64,000 nucleotides of DNA, taken from assembly GCA_002633005.1 (NCBI GenBank), contig NMRA01000058.1, positions 758,735 through 822,734 of the forward strand. Direction: 5' to 3'. The first letter of the stretch is position 1; each line of letters opens with the position of its first letter. Both the position numbers and the translations under genes were made by a program. Positions 40,564 to 53,794 of this stretch are shown one piece after another. The DNA comes from Phoronis australis. Lineage: Eukaryota > Animalia > Phoronida. The notes beneath the pieces are model-generated. The model worked only from the letters and a program-made list of their open reading frames with translations. It was not told where the DNA came from and made no database searches.

Positions 40564-41474
40564 CTGAACAAAATTAATTATAAAGATATTTTGTATATGC
40601 CTACTAATCGGAACCTCGTTTCACTTTTCTTGTCTCAGATTTCGGTCCAAAACAAAAAACCTTATTACCACTTGATCTCAATGTACTCAAATGCATAGAG
40701 TATGTCGAATGACGTGAGGAGCTGATTGACAACTTCATTCACGAGAGCCCTGAACCTATAATTTTGCAACATATAGGTGGATAATGAAGTCAATGGCGCT
40801 AAATTTATAGGTGGTCTAGGGTTATTTGTTAAATTACGACTCATTTGGCAGCGTTAGACCATAAAGCATTTTCAATTCTAAACTCTAGCTCCAGGCCCAT
40901 AATCTTACTTCAGTTTATTGACATGAAATTGAGAAAGCTATAAAGTAAACTGTGTGTCAAGATGAATTGCAAAATTAATATTTCGCATTATCTTCTCGCT
41001 TTGCGAGCTGATAATTCCATACGACTATTTTAATACTTTAAAACATCACAGATCCATTAGTAAGCCCTAGCGCTACTCGCCAGAGGACATACGTATGAAG
41101 AAAATAGGCGTCACTGTTATTTGGCAAGGAAAAACTCGTCAAACGAACAGGCGACTTACTGTAAACAGTGTTCAGGGACAGCGATACCTTCAAACCGGAA
41201 ATACCTATACAAGAAACAGTGACAGTTGTTCTTGCATCCGTCGTTAAGGTGTTAAGCAGTTACAAGAAATTCTTCAGTTTAGGGGAATTTTATTTCGTCT
41301 AAGTTCTTAGTAAACATAGATTTTAGTAGAATTCCGTGTTAACAAGGTGTGTATGGCAAAGCCATCGCAGAACAATGTTTGGTGAAGTTTTGACTACTCT
41401 CAGCACTGTAGTGAGTATTTGAAAAAAAAAGGAAATGCGACTTTAACAATAATTTTGCCAATTTTAAGATTGTT

Positions 41475-42313
41475 CACAAGAGCAACGCAGAGGATTGATA
41501 CACGACCACCGCGAGCTTAGCAAGTGGCGAAGAACTAAACGATACTATACACCTCCATGCATTAGAGTGAGCAACACCTGTGAAATTAAAATCACGGGAT
41601 ACAATGCTGCCCATCCCAAAATTGGCAACTGCAATCCTGGTAGATATTGATATGCCGCGAAGAAAACTAAAACTACTACTAGGAGGCACTGCAGCAGTCG
41701 ACGGACGCTAAAATGCTAAAATTGCCACTTGGTGGCGCAGACAATGCAGCCGCCGGGAGCAAACTGCCGGGACTGGCAGTTTCGTTCTTCATAGAAGTAC
41801 ATCGACCAAATTAAGCTTCCACCAAGTGACTTGGTAGTTAATAAGATAGACGCAAAAAGACAAAAATTTCAAAAGGGCGCACTGCATTAGTCTAAAAGTC
41901 AACGGAAGACATCCTTCACACCTTTTGGCAGTACGGCTGAGAAGCGAACGCCGAGATAATAATATCGCAACGAGGGGCGCACATGACGGAGCTGTCCGAA
42001 AACTGTCGAGTAATGTCCCCTCCTTGAAACAAACTCACTCTGTGGAGCTTAGTAGAGATCCAACAAGTTTCTTGAACTACAAAAGTAAGCACAAAAACAA
42101 AAATGCCACCTTAGCACAGAAGTAACTGAATTTTTGCGAAAGTCGTCTTCATCCGTTGTCACGTTCCTGTTAACACATATGCATTAAACATTTTACACGG
42201 AATTCCTGAAAGGGTTTAAGAGCGTCGATTGCGGATGCCGGAAGGACTTCGCCGTGTAACGGACAGAAATGACGACAGTACGCACACGTGTATAAGTGAG
42301 CGCACGAAAAAAA
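41475..42313 (+). mobile_element. HINE-like repeat, diverged copy
   Basis: Starts acaagagcaacgcagag, contains aaaattgccacttggtggcgca, and ends gaaatgacgacagtacgcacacgtgtataagtgagcgcacgaaaaaaaaa, homologous to 55021-55070. Confidence 0.7.
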
Positions 42314-43862
42314 AACTGCAAGAGAGTAACACTACAGTTTTTGTACTGAAGGATATTATATTTACAGGTACATTCGACCAAACATTTGTTATATGTTTTG
42401 GTCGATTTATCAGTCACTGACAATGTTTTAAAGTAAAACAAATGTTTCACTGCAATTACCTGTAAATACGATATCTTTCAATGCAGTCTCTTGACAGTCG
42501 TTTCTTCTTATCAATGTGGCCCAATACGAGAATTATTAAAATAAAACAACGTTATTGCAAACCAGTATCAGGTATTCTCTGATTTTATACTGATTGAATT
42601 GTCACGTGTAGAAACGAATACCACTTTAATAAAACTGTCCGCAGATCAAACGAGTACAGTAGCTCAAGTCCCTCGATTAAGTGTCATAAACGTCACAAAA
42701 ATGTCCAACTCGTCAACTTTTTCACCGCAGAAAACCCTACGACGTGTTCAAGATTTTGCCATCATGAGCTCTGGTGATATGAACATAGATAACGCACTGC
42801 ACTTAGAGCAAGTCGTGGTTACGATTAACAGCAAAATCCTAGGAACCAGGCAAGTGCGACTAGTTAAATGAACGCTATTACCAAATTGGTTACTGAAAAT
42901 TGTCTTAAAGTCTAGAGGTGCCCCACAAAGTGCCTGGTCGGGCGCCCTGTAATTTTCTGCTCGGTGCACTTTATCTCCTCATCTAACCCTGAATGGACGC
43001 CAGTGTCAGTAATTCATACGAATAAACACGGTTGCGTTATGTAGTCATTTGTGTTCTAATTTGTACTAGCGCGTGTTCCGTGGGCTAACAGATAAGATTT
43101 TCAGACAAAGGAAGTGGGGACGTGCCCGAAGTCGTGAGTGCAAGATGCGTTCTCAAGTGGATTATAAGCTTAGTAGAATGGATTTTCGTTCTCTGAGTAT
43201 TGTAAGTAGGGCGAACGTTATGTAATGTTGAGAAAATGCAGTAGGCCTACTTCGTAGTCATGACGTGTGCACTGAACGGACAAGATACACTTCATACTGG
43301 TAGACACGGCCAGATATCTTAACATACAGTAAAGTATTCAGAACATGTTGATATTTTGAGACACATCTTCATTCGACTGTTAAAAGATAACTTCCGTAGG
43401 CAACCCAATTTGGGATAGGATTTCTGCACGTTGGTACTCAAACAAGTACCGCCCCCTAACGGCCAAAAGACAGGTGGCGAGTCTCCGTGGAAATGCAATA
43501 TATCCAATGACAAGGGAATGTATTTAAATTTCCTAGTCAATGTGGTCGTTCGTTTCTTTTGATTTCTGCTTGCAGGAGACGTCATGTTGTTACTACAAAA
43601 CAACAAATTACTTACAAAGGAGACTATTTTAGAGTCGATACCAGACTTTTAAACTAATTAAAATTAGTTTGTGTCAGCGGGAATCATGTTAACGAAACTG
43701 GATAAAAGAGCTTTTCCCACGAATAGGAAAATACAAAAGTAGTTGCGTTTAACCTTCTTCCAGTCAAAACTGCAGGTCACGAGAAAATTGGTGAAAACCA
43801 CTGTAGTGAATGCAAATTTGGTTTTAAAATACATGGAGGTAGTTTCTCAGAAAAAAGGACGT

Positions 43863-44000
43863 AAAGCAGATCACAATAACCACTCACATTTCATAAAGCA
43901 GGTCACAATAACCACTCACATTTCATAAAACAGTGTTGCACATCACAATAATCACTCACATTTCATAAAGCACATCACAATAACCACTCACATTTCACAA
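43863..44000. repeat. Minisatellite, about 32 bp x 4
   Basis: Unit tcacaataaccactcacatttcataaagca. Confidence 0.9.
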
Positions 44001-44212
44001 AAGTTCAAAAATAACGCATTAGCAAATAAACAGAAACCTCAAAGGAAGAAAAAAAAAATCCATTTATTTGACTCTTTTCAACTCAGCAAAGAGAAAAAAT
44101 AACAACATTATAACAGCTTCAAATATTACGAAAAATAGCACGACTCGTTTGATCATTTCAAAGTATATCCACACTAACACGAGTTTAAATTTCAGAAAAT
44201 AAACATAATGAA

Positions 44213-44312
44213 GTTTTCCTACCAAGCGCCCCTCATAGAACCTTTTCCATTATGAAAAGTTTACTAGCGATGTTTTCCTACGAAGCGCCCCTCATAGTAC
44301 CTTTTCCATTAT
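44213..44312. repeat. Short duplication, period 59 bp
   Basis: gttttcctac(c/g)aagcgcccctcatag(a/t)accttttccattat at 44213 and 44272. Confidence 0.85.
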
Positions 44313-44522
44313 ATAAAGCTTAGCCAAGCATCTATCCACGTTCTCCTTCTATGCCTAATAAACCAGTTCCGAAATTTACAAAGTTTGACAAAATAGCACA
44401 AATTCCATACACACACGATGCTACGAAATTAACTCTGTATGAAACCGAACTTTAAAAACTGAGGATGGGCTGCAACAGAGCTACATGTAATTCTGACAAA
44501 TCAGTTTTAACATTAACAAAAG

Positions 44523-44668
44523 TCCCGTTTTAGACATCAACCTTTGGCCCGGCGCAACTGACACGGAGCAAATTGATCGGTGTCAAGCGTCCGTTTAAAA
44601 ACATACTTGCGCTGGAACAACTCGTTCCGTGTCAGCTGATCCGTGTCAACTTTTGTAGTGTAGACGGC
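44523..44668. mobile_element. Palindromic MITE-like remnant (Harbinger-like ends)
   Basis: Imperfect inverted ends ccgttttagacatcaa / tttgtagtgtagacgg, with internal inverted tgacacgga / tccgtgtca motifs. Confidence 0.45.
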
Positions 44669-45789
44669 ATTTATAGAGGTGCTCACCCATATTCCGTGCA
44701 CTCGAGGAGTTTGTTCAACAAAATGTAAAAGTTCACTCGAGTATACAATGGAAAACTGCGCAAAGATCACACGACGGGTAATTCATTGGTTATTTACTTA
44801 AAATAATGAAAATATCATACACAAAACTGTTGGTGACTGAATTCAAGCATTTATGACCATAGTGTGAAGAGTTTAAGGGAAAACAATACAGCTCAAAGTA
44901 GATAACGAATACCTCACATTACAATAACTTATAGGGTAAGTACAAGTTCCTGAGACTCCCTCTGTGGGGACAATTGAAGATGATGAACGCGTGCACTCGA
45001 GTCACTGAGGAACAAGAAAAATACTCATGCGAAGTTACTGTCAATCAGCAGAATCACCATACAGCGTCCCCAGTAGTTAACAGTAGTACAACAAATTGGT
45101 GTGAGGAGATTTAGAGGTTAAAGAAAGGTGGAAATGAATTGACTTAATATAACAAATTTGTTTTCACACACATTTCGCTCATGTATCATCAACTTTATGC
45201 AATCCGCGCTATCACAACACTAATGGGCCATTTGAAGCATCCCTCTCGACATTTGAAGACTGACAACATGGTATAGAAATTCCGCGACTGGTTGCCGTCT
45301 ATGTTACGTAACAGAATCATCGAACATTGTGAAGACGTTATTGGATGCGATGCGCATTTAGCTGCATAAGCAAGTAGAGATCCACAAGGGAGAAAGCAAA
45401 GACCTGGAAATGGGAAAGATGGCATTGCGAGGTGTAACGCTCGATGATGCTGACCATTGCCTGACTTTCTTTGGGATCTATTTGTGTGACTTGCAGGACT
45501 TGGAATGACCAATGACAAAAAAAGAAAAAATTTCCAGGTGATGTATCCTTCCACAAATAAATAGGTTTGTGTGATAGAAATATTTTGTGTTGTAAAATTT
45601 AACTGGAACAAACATTTTTACGCCAATAAAATCAAAATAACGACAAAAAATAAACAAGACAGGAAAGTGGAGGAAATCCTCTCAAAAGAGGAAGATTCTA
45701 AGCACTGGACTTGAGTTGTTTGGGTGAAAAACAACTCACTTGGAAACAGATGAGGAACAGAATAGTGACTTTGACTTCATTGCTGAAGA

Positions 45790-46070
45790 TGACCAAGGGG
45801 TTTGGGGGTGCAAAAAGTGTCTGTTAAGCAATCAAGTCTGCTGATCATGGCTTATACCCTAAAATACAAGTTGAAGGGCGAGGAGATAGATTATCTCCAG
45901 AAGCTGATGAACTTTCATTATATTCCCAGCTCACCTAACACTAAGTACTTATTCTACAAGCTATTTAAGCACACTAACTACACAAACATGTATTTCTGTG
46001 ACACTTGTGTTTTTTTTGGATTTGATGAGGCAGAGTATGTGTGTATGTGCAACAATAGTGTCGATTAGGC
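45790..46070 (+). mobile_element. CACTA/EnSpm(Mirage)-like transposase N-terminal fragment
   Basis: KVSVKQSSLLIMAYTLKYKLKGEEIDYLQKLMNFHYIPSSPNTKYLFYKLFKHTNYTNMYFCDTC...YVCMCN fits the S.LLI..Y...H.L......L..L...H.P....S.Y.F.K.F......YxCxxC...C..C pattern that precedes animal EnSpm-type transposases. An acidic stretch precedes it. Confidence 0.6.
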
Positions 46071-49000
46071 CAAGTCAAAAGTATAATACTCTGCAGATTA
46101 GTTGGTGGATTCTCTACTCAAGTTGCTTCTCCAAAATAATAGTATTGCAAACAATGAGGTTGGTGGTGATACATTTAATTGTTTAAGAGATTGTCATGGT
46201 TATGTCGCATCTGATGCTTCATTGTTTTGGAACGTGGGCAGTGTACCAGTGTTCATGTACATACTTTGAAGGGAAGAGTTTGAATTAATGGTGATATATG
46301 TTTCGGTAAATTAGAAATCAAGCTCAGTACTGCTGAATAGGTAAGTTATGAAATGTGCTCAGTTCTGTAGCAAATCACGTATTATAGTACAAGTCATCTT
46401 AACACCCAGTAACTTTGTTAGCACCATTTACAATTTGAATTTAATTCCTAACTAAAACAAATGCTTTTGTTGTTCACTGAACTTGTTTTTAGTCAAGACA
46501 TACAATGTTTACTACTATTAGTATGCCATCTGTTACTACACTGTGTTCTTAGTGTGTTGTTCTCACAAGTAATCAAACTGTAATTTGTGGCCCTTGCAGT
46601 GTTCAGTGTTGGAACTGCTGTACGACGACCTCCAAAGGAACATCCTCATGCCTGACATTGCTAATTGTAGATATGTGCGATTTTTACCGAAATATCTAAC
46701 GTTAGACTTACAGCAGGCCTGGGATATGCTTGAGAGTCACAAAGTGTGTTAAAATGGTAGAAAATTAGGCGTGACATTTCTGTAGCAGATAAAAGGTTGA
46801 TTACCGCAGAAGGCCAATGTCTTCAATGCTCGGAAAAATTTAGGCAAGCAAAGTGACTTGCCAAGAAAACGGCAGTCCGGGCACTCTAAAGGAAAGAACT
46901 GCAGCCAATTCCAATTATCCGGTGCAACTTCTCTCACCCGACAGCGTTGTTTCACGATACCGCAACCTCAAAGTCAAAGAAACGAAACACGGAGGGTGAG
47001 ATATTACACAGTACAACTAGCGAATGATTTGACAGTTGAGCTTGAGAAAACTCAGTGTTGAGCTGTCGTTTATTAAAGACGTTAAATTTTCCGTTGAGAA
47101 ACTGACTGAAGTCATAGATGAGTGCGACGGGAAGGATATCACCGAAGAGTACACGGAGAGAAAGGAAGCTTTAAAGATTGCCTTCTTTGAAGACCAACTG
47201 CGAAACCGTGAGTAATAAATTAATGAAAAATGCATGGTACTATAATATCTATAGACACAATTATACGCTTTCAAACTATTGCGTTTGTGTGCTGTCCATA
47301 TTAACATTTATTCTTGGATACAGGTGTCCACCTCAAAATGAATTTCCCACGGTCGTTCTTTAGTATGCCGATAACATTTTTTTTCAACTGAAGAAGAACA
47401 GGAATCTCCCGCGCGCTCAGTCTATGGTTCTGACACTTCAAAGTTTTGTCAGCACGATAGGTAGCCTAAGAAAGTTCGATCTCGACTTCTCTGCAACCCA
47501 CTGTCAGGAGATGAAAACAATTCTAAGTCGGCCCCTCGAAATAGGGCTTGCTTAGCTGGAATTTAGAACTGCGGTCATGGGAGTGTTTTCAACTCCTGAT
47601 TGCGAAGCGATGGAGTGTTAGCTGTGGTATCTTAATCAGCGCGTGGTCTCAGCGGCAGGTCACCAGTTTATCCACTAGCGCTCGACTCTGAAATATCTTT
47701 TTCAAGTCATCCCGGATCACTTTAAAACAAGGACTCACTTTGTAACCCAAAACGGAAATGGAAATACAATACACATAATCATATTAAATAATGTGTGGCT
47801 TATTGAAAAAGGTCTATACTGGTATCTATTTTGTTATTGTAGTATAATATGACTTGAGAACCAAAGGCTTCTTACAAAATTTTGTGTTTAGAACAAGGGC
47901 CATTCAGTATCTGAATGAGATTCCATGGTGTAGGTGGGTGACGTACCGATTAAAAGGGTGATTTTCACCAATTTTGGCATCGAATTGGGAAAGGTTTTTG
48001 CCGAGTTTGGGCATGAATTGATAGGATATGGTTTTCTCTAAATTTTGTATGACAGGTTTATTTTTCAAAATTTGATTACTATTTAGATACCTTTGCTTTG
48101 AATAAGAAATAAATGACTGTTTCTTCAGTGGGTATTATTTTGGTTATTCATTCTGTAAGCCTCTCCGGTATTGAATTCAAGCACCCCTTTGAGTCAGGTT
48201 TTGAAACGAGTCACTTTATTCCAGTCAGGGTAAACTTCAAAACTTTACATTATAAGTAATGGGTGGGTTATTGAAAAGGGTTCATGGAGGCCCACTAGTG
48301 CCCATTTCTTCTGACGAATATCATGGTCGCAAAATTTTCTTAAACTTCTTAAAGATGTAATTGCATGCTCCTAACTGTGCTAATGGAACTAAATAACAAT
48401 GCTTTTTGAATATCAACAAAGTGCAGCTGTATTCACTGACAACTTGTAAATGTGAAAACAAAAAATTCTGCAAATAGGTGACCTTAGCACTGACATACCT
48501 CGCAGGTTCAAATAGCATCATGTCACGATACTTACTGGATATGGCGGATCATAATCGCTACAAAACCTTTTCTTAATAACATAAGACAATTTTCAACCAA
48601 CTTTCATATGCACATTGTTTCTCAGTAATTTGGCCTTGCAATCACAGAGATAAGGAATTACTCACAAATTCAGATGTACATGACCTCAGAAAACAAAAAC
48701 CATTCTACAAGTGAAAATTGCTAATGTACAAGCTACTGTTTTATCTTAAATTACGTACAGGCAACCTTGCCTTTTTTGAATTCCAGGTGATAGCTGCAAT
48801 TACTGCAACATATGTAAAGCATGGGGAAGTTATGCACACTTCAGCCTGTGTTAAGTCCAATTTGAGGACGCTGCTGGTAGTTGCATAATGCAACAACAAA
48901 TATAAGAGTGTTTTCATTGTTTCCTTTCAGGCCTACAATCTCCTACAAAGTTGTGTATTCTCATTCGAAGCCTTGTGCCAGGATTTCAACACCAGACATC

Positions 49001-49576
49001 TAGGGTACTACATTTCTCCACTGCAGCAGTTGAAGGGTAGTGCTGTTGAAACTTTTTTAGCCAATACAAGTACATATCAAGTAGAAAGCTGGCATCTGTA
49101 AATTTTCCACATGCCGTAGTGACAAAGAAACTGCAGAGAGGTCAGAGGTACTGTTGCAACCCATGAGATTCCACTCAGGAAAAAGCAAAAAAAAAAGGAC
49201 TGAGGGAAAAACGATGTACTGATGACATAGTCACAGTAGTAACATGCCTACCAGGGGTCTGAATATGATAAGACTGCTGCAAGTATTTTACTAGTGCCAT
49301 TTTGGTTCGAATAGCACCTTTCTGTGTCCAAATAGTATTGGTGTACTTTGCATTATGTTGACTGATTTTGTTGTTTAACATTAGCTAATTTAATGTGATA
49401 TCATAATGGTTGTGATGTTCATAGATCTGGAAAATGCAACAACATAACTCTTAAAGTACATGTGTATTCTATTGTGCTGTACAACACTAAAAGGACAATT
49501 GCTACACAAATTTAGAAACAGATCACAGAAAATTATTTGGACAATTTGACCAAATAATGATACACATCAATTTAAT

Positions 49577-52194
49577 TCACGTTTTATTAACTGCTACCTG
49601 ACGATAAAGTTTATCACGTAAACCCACGCATACTTCTGTCTTCAAAGCTTCTACCTGCCTCTCCTCTGAGGAAACCACCAATATGTGTATTGGTATATTT
49701 ACGACAAGAATTGTTCTTACACAGTCCACAACCACATGTACATTGAAAATGTAGGGTGACTTTGTCGGGCTTGACTTTGTAACTGTCACACCCATTGTCA
49801 CCAACTCTATATCATCTTTTTCCTTGGATTGTATAATCTGCAAAGGGAAACATGGCAAAATTTAAAATGAGTGAGAGGTATCTAGAGGCACACAATTAGG
49901 ATGTTTAGTGATGATGTATCGGCAACACGATTTGGACCCACAAGCAGGACTAGTGAACATAATAGGTCTGAAAACTAGCACTACCCGGAAACCCCAAAAC
50001 TTTACATCTCATTCCTAAATCAAGCACTACTGTGACAGTCTTGATATTCTAGTGAATGTATATGTTCACTCTTTTACCACCTAGTCTCACATAATCTAAC
50101 ATAAGGAGGCAGGGAAAGGTTGAATTGCGGCATGATTTGTCTCTTATTTTAAAACTGTCATATGCTCACCTTTGCGATTTTGTGTCTAGGGTTACCAACG
50201 AATTCTTCTCTTAAATGGAACTATCCAGCTTGCTCAGAAATGGCAAGAAGGAATGGTGTAGGTAGAGTAAATTACCTCTATCTCTGCACTTCTGCTGTAC
50301 TGGAAGAAGGATGCCAAGCCTAGATAGAAAAACAGAAGTTAGGAAATCACAAGAACCACACTGAACTAGTATTGTACAAGCAAAACTGAAAGTTCATTTC
50401 GTACTTTTTCAATAAAAACTTTCTTTAAGGTCATTTCATCCTGAAGGCATATTCATGTGCAAGTCACGCACTTAAATGAGTGTTGTGTACATATCCTTTG
50501 TCTATTTTAGTACTTAGTACTTAAATATGCAATTCAAAGAAAAGTTACATGTCAAGTTGGGTTTTGGTACAAACAAGTCAACTACATACTTTAAAGATAC
50601 ATCAACTACATACTTTAAAGATACATCAACTACATACTTTAAAGATACATTGTCTCATTAAATTGTGAATATGCAAATGAAGGACTAATTTAAAAACTAC
50701 CCAGGGTCTTCCCCTATCAACGTACCAGAAACCATGCAAGAACTAGTGACAATTACAACATCGCAAAAGTCTCATTTTTATGCAAATTTCATTGTTGCCC
50801 AAATGAAACACTATCAAATAACAACTTCATTATATTTGAAATTACTGGGGTTTTTGTATGTTCACATTTGTTTTTAAGCTTTCAGTTGCAGTGTTTTCTT
50901 TAAAACAGCAAATTGTCTATTGTATGTCACTATGTGGTCTTCTGTGCCATTTTATTTTAGATCCATCTGCATGTACTCAGCAGTCTGTAGCACACCTTTG
51001 ACAAAGAGCGCATTGCTCGAAATGTGGGGATATTTAAATATATCTTAGTACTGACGCTCGTCGTTTCAGCTTTACTAGTTTTACTATTTTAAATTATTTA
51101 CGAATGTTTCTTTTTATGTACACACATTTCTCCAGGAAGTCATTAGGTGGCACTTGCTAAAATTCAAAATCTTCATGGTTTTAATGAGACATGGCATCTT
51201 TAAAGTATGTTTATGTTCAGCTTGTCCCGATATCAAAAGAAACCTGTGATTCGCATATTGTTCTGTTGGGAAACTAATCATGGACATTGTTTTGCTTTCA
51301 ATCACTGAGAAAGTCACCTGCTTTGCAATGAGGGTCATTAGAGTAAACTGAGGAAAGTTTGCAACAATTCAGTTTTGACAATAACATGAATTGATGAGAA
51401 TTAGACGCAAGTCATGTGACCATTGATAGAAAACAAAGGACATGAATAATTTTATAACTCCCAATCCCATCACTTTATTCCCAGGAAATCAAAATAAAAC
51501 TTACTTCTTTTTGTCATCTGCAGAAATGGTCACAGCAGCTAGATTTTTTGTATGATGCATCAGCCTGTTTTTCTTGTATGTACGGAACATTTTTCCAATA
51601 CAACCACCTGCCAGTAGGTGTAAACTCCAATCAGGCTGGGGTGGGAGACCAGAGTTACGACTAATTAAACTGGGGCGGGGAAAAAGATTCCATCTACTTC
51701 CGACAATGGTGCTTTCAGTGCTGGTAGTGGCTGCTGTACTAGCAGTAGCACTAGCAGCTGAGGACATGGTGACGAAGCCAGAGGACTTGCGGTGCGTATA
51801 CAAAAAGCAGCATTGCACACTGCACTGCGTTGCAAGTCAGTGTCATGTTTACTCCTCAAGTCCAATTGTGGTGGCACCATATGGCCGAATAAATTTTCTG
51901 TGAACTTTCTCTCCTGCAGAGCATGATCTCACTCAGTGCGCGAAGCACTACGTCGGCCTCGCTTTTCACCACCCGCTTCCTGGCGATTCGATCCGCAATA
52001 TTCCGCTTTAGTTCATGGAAGAGGCTGAACAACTCCTCAAATATTACTTCACTAAACGGAGCCGAGACAAACGTGTCCCACAGAAGTTTCCTTGCTGGAT
52101 AAAATCCGTCACAATGATATTCTTTTGTCACAAACTCATGTTGTAAGGGCACCACTTCAATGTAACAACTGACGAGAATCTCGAAAACTCCCAT
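49577..52194 (-). pseudogene. Three-exon frameshifted gene of unknown function (exons about 52194-51505, 50319-50170, 49837-49577), probably a transposon accessory ORF
   Basis: gtaag/gtgag donors and ag acceptors. Motifs LHLLAGGCIGKM, RDRGNLLYLHHSFLPFLSKLD and RKYTNTHIGGFL...LRDKLY*. Contains stops and frameshifts. Flanked by imperfect inverted ends at 49491 and 52497. Confidence 0.55.
50578..50649. repeat. Perfect 24-bp tandem repeat x 3
   Basis: tcaactacatactttaaagataca three times. Confidence 0.95.
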
Positions 52195-52758
52195 TTACAG
52201 CATGCAAATTTGATATGCTGAGGGAGTACTTGACTACTGCGCCATCTATACATTGACGGAAAAGCTTAAATACCCGTGACTGCGTGTGGGAAATTGCGAT
52301 TGCGTGCGCTGAAGTCGATATTTTCAAAGTACAATTACACCACTGTTTAAGGTTGCAAAGTGAGTTTTTTGATATCCTTCTAAAGAAAAAGCGTTACTCT
52401 CTCTGATGAAATCATTCGTTTTCTTTTAAATGAAACTTAAATCTTGAAATTAGTCCTTGGAAGGAGACCAAAAACGGTGGTTTAGCTAGTTGTCCCTTCC
52501 TGGTTATCTCTTCCTGCTTGTACTGATTTTTCCTGAAGTTTCAACTTGAAATAATTGACATATAATTCAATTTGTTACCGAGTGCTTAATAGTGTGGGAG
52601 TCTGATGCTCGATTGTGATTCACATTCAAGCATATAGTGAAACAAGAATTTATTTTTATGTCCTACCTAATGTGAAGTTACATACTAATTACCGGTAAGT
52701 GTCTTCAGAGTAAGTTGAGCAAAAGTTGTAACGACTTCTTGATTTGCTTACTTTTCAG

Positions 52759-53391
52759 GTTTTTTTGATCACCACCAAAATATTGGAAAGTGTTAGCCTG
52801 CGGACAGGCGATGATGCATCAAATAATCGACCTACTTCCTTTTATAACCTTTAAGAAAACGAATGGAGTGATGACGTATCTCACCACGTTCCTCACACTT
52901 TAACACATAAGAAACTCTTACCCTTAACAGATGATGTGCAGTTGCCAACCAAGCATTTGAAGTCTGTTGGCCAAGATGCATAAAGCACACCTTTAGCCAA
53001 AAGAACAGATACAGTCGCATGGTTAGATCTCAGTGCAGCCTGTCTTACACAAGTCACTATGTTTAATAGGCGTAGACAAGGGGAATTATCAAAAATGAAG
53101 CTGACAGATTTTTACTGTGCTCACATTTCAGTAGAGGAGGATATTTAGTCAAGCCTGACAAAATTCAAACACAAGAGCCAGCAGAGTTTAAAAAGGGTAG
53201 AAATTATGGGCAAAGGAGGCAGGAGGCCTGTGCTGTTAACCAAAGATGATACAAAGTATCTGAATTTGCTCATTGAAATGAGGCATGACGTTGGGGTTGA
53301 GGACGGCAACCCCTATGTATTTGCAAGACCTACCAAGAGTTCCACCGATCACATAAGAGGCTGTGATAGCCTTAGAAGATTTACTCCTTGA
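52759..53391 (+). pseudogene. Tyrosine recombinase (Crypton-like) pseudogene 1, central part
   Basis: ENEWSDDVSHH, KLLPLTDDV, CLTQVTMFNRRRQGELSKMKLTDF (catalytic Arg box), RVEIMGKGGRRPVLLT, NPYVFARP and HIRGCDSLRRF are motifs of animal Crypton-like YR proteins. Contains stops and frameshifts. Confidence 0.8.
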
Positions 53392-53794
53392 GTGTGTCCC
53401 CAGTTTTTCAGAGAAAAAAGAGCACTACTTTGTTTAGAGGATTTATAAATTAGCTCACATGTTCCAAAGATTCCCATGACCATCAAGAGCCTGGACACCT
53501 GGCGGCGTTCTTCAAAGGTCTAAAATAATGAAGACCCCGTTTGGCTTGTAACGATGAGATACTTTTTAGCTAACAGTTTATTTTTTCAAACTGTATCTAC
53601 TGAAGAAATTACATATTCATCGGTTTCTCGCATTCTCCCAAAAAAATTGAACCTGATATCCACTCAAGAGCAGATGAGACGATTACACTTTGGCGGGAAA
53701 GACATTTGTAACGATGGTAGGTCTTTGATTTGATTTGCTTGCATTATTTTTTTGTTTTTGTCTTTAAAACTTGCCGATTCAACTCTCATAATTC

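Noticed and set aside
43863-44000. 32-bp repeats as a possible CRISPR array
   Set aside because: Head-to-tail units without unique spacers, no cas genes, and a eukaryotic context.
45195-45520. Protein-like + strand stretch (LHKQVEIHKGESKDLEMGKMALRGVTLDDADHCLTFFGIY)
   Set aside because: Several stops, no splice support and no recognisable family. Cannot be supported without a search.
51574-51903. + strand ORF with signal-like MVLSVLVVAAVLAVALAAED
   Set aside because: Antisense shadow of the Ser/Ala/Thr-rich linker of the minus-strand pseudogene.
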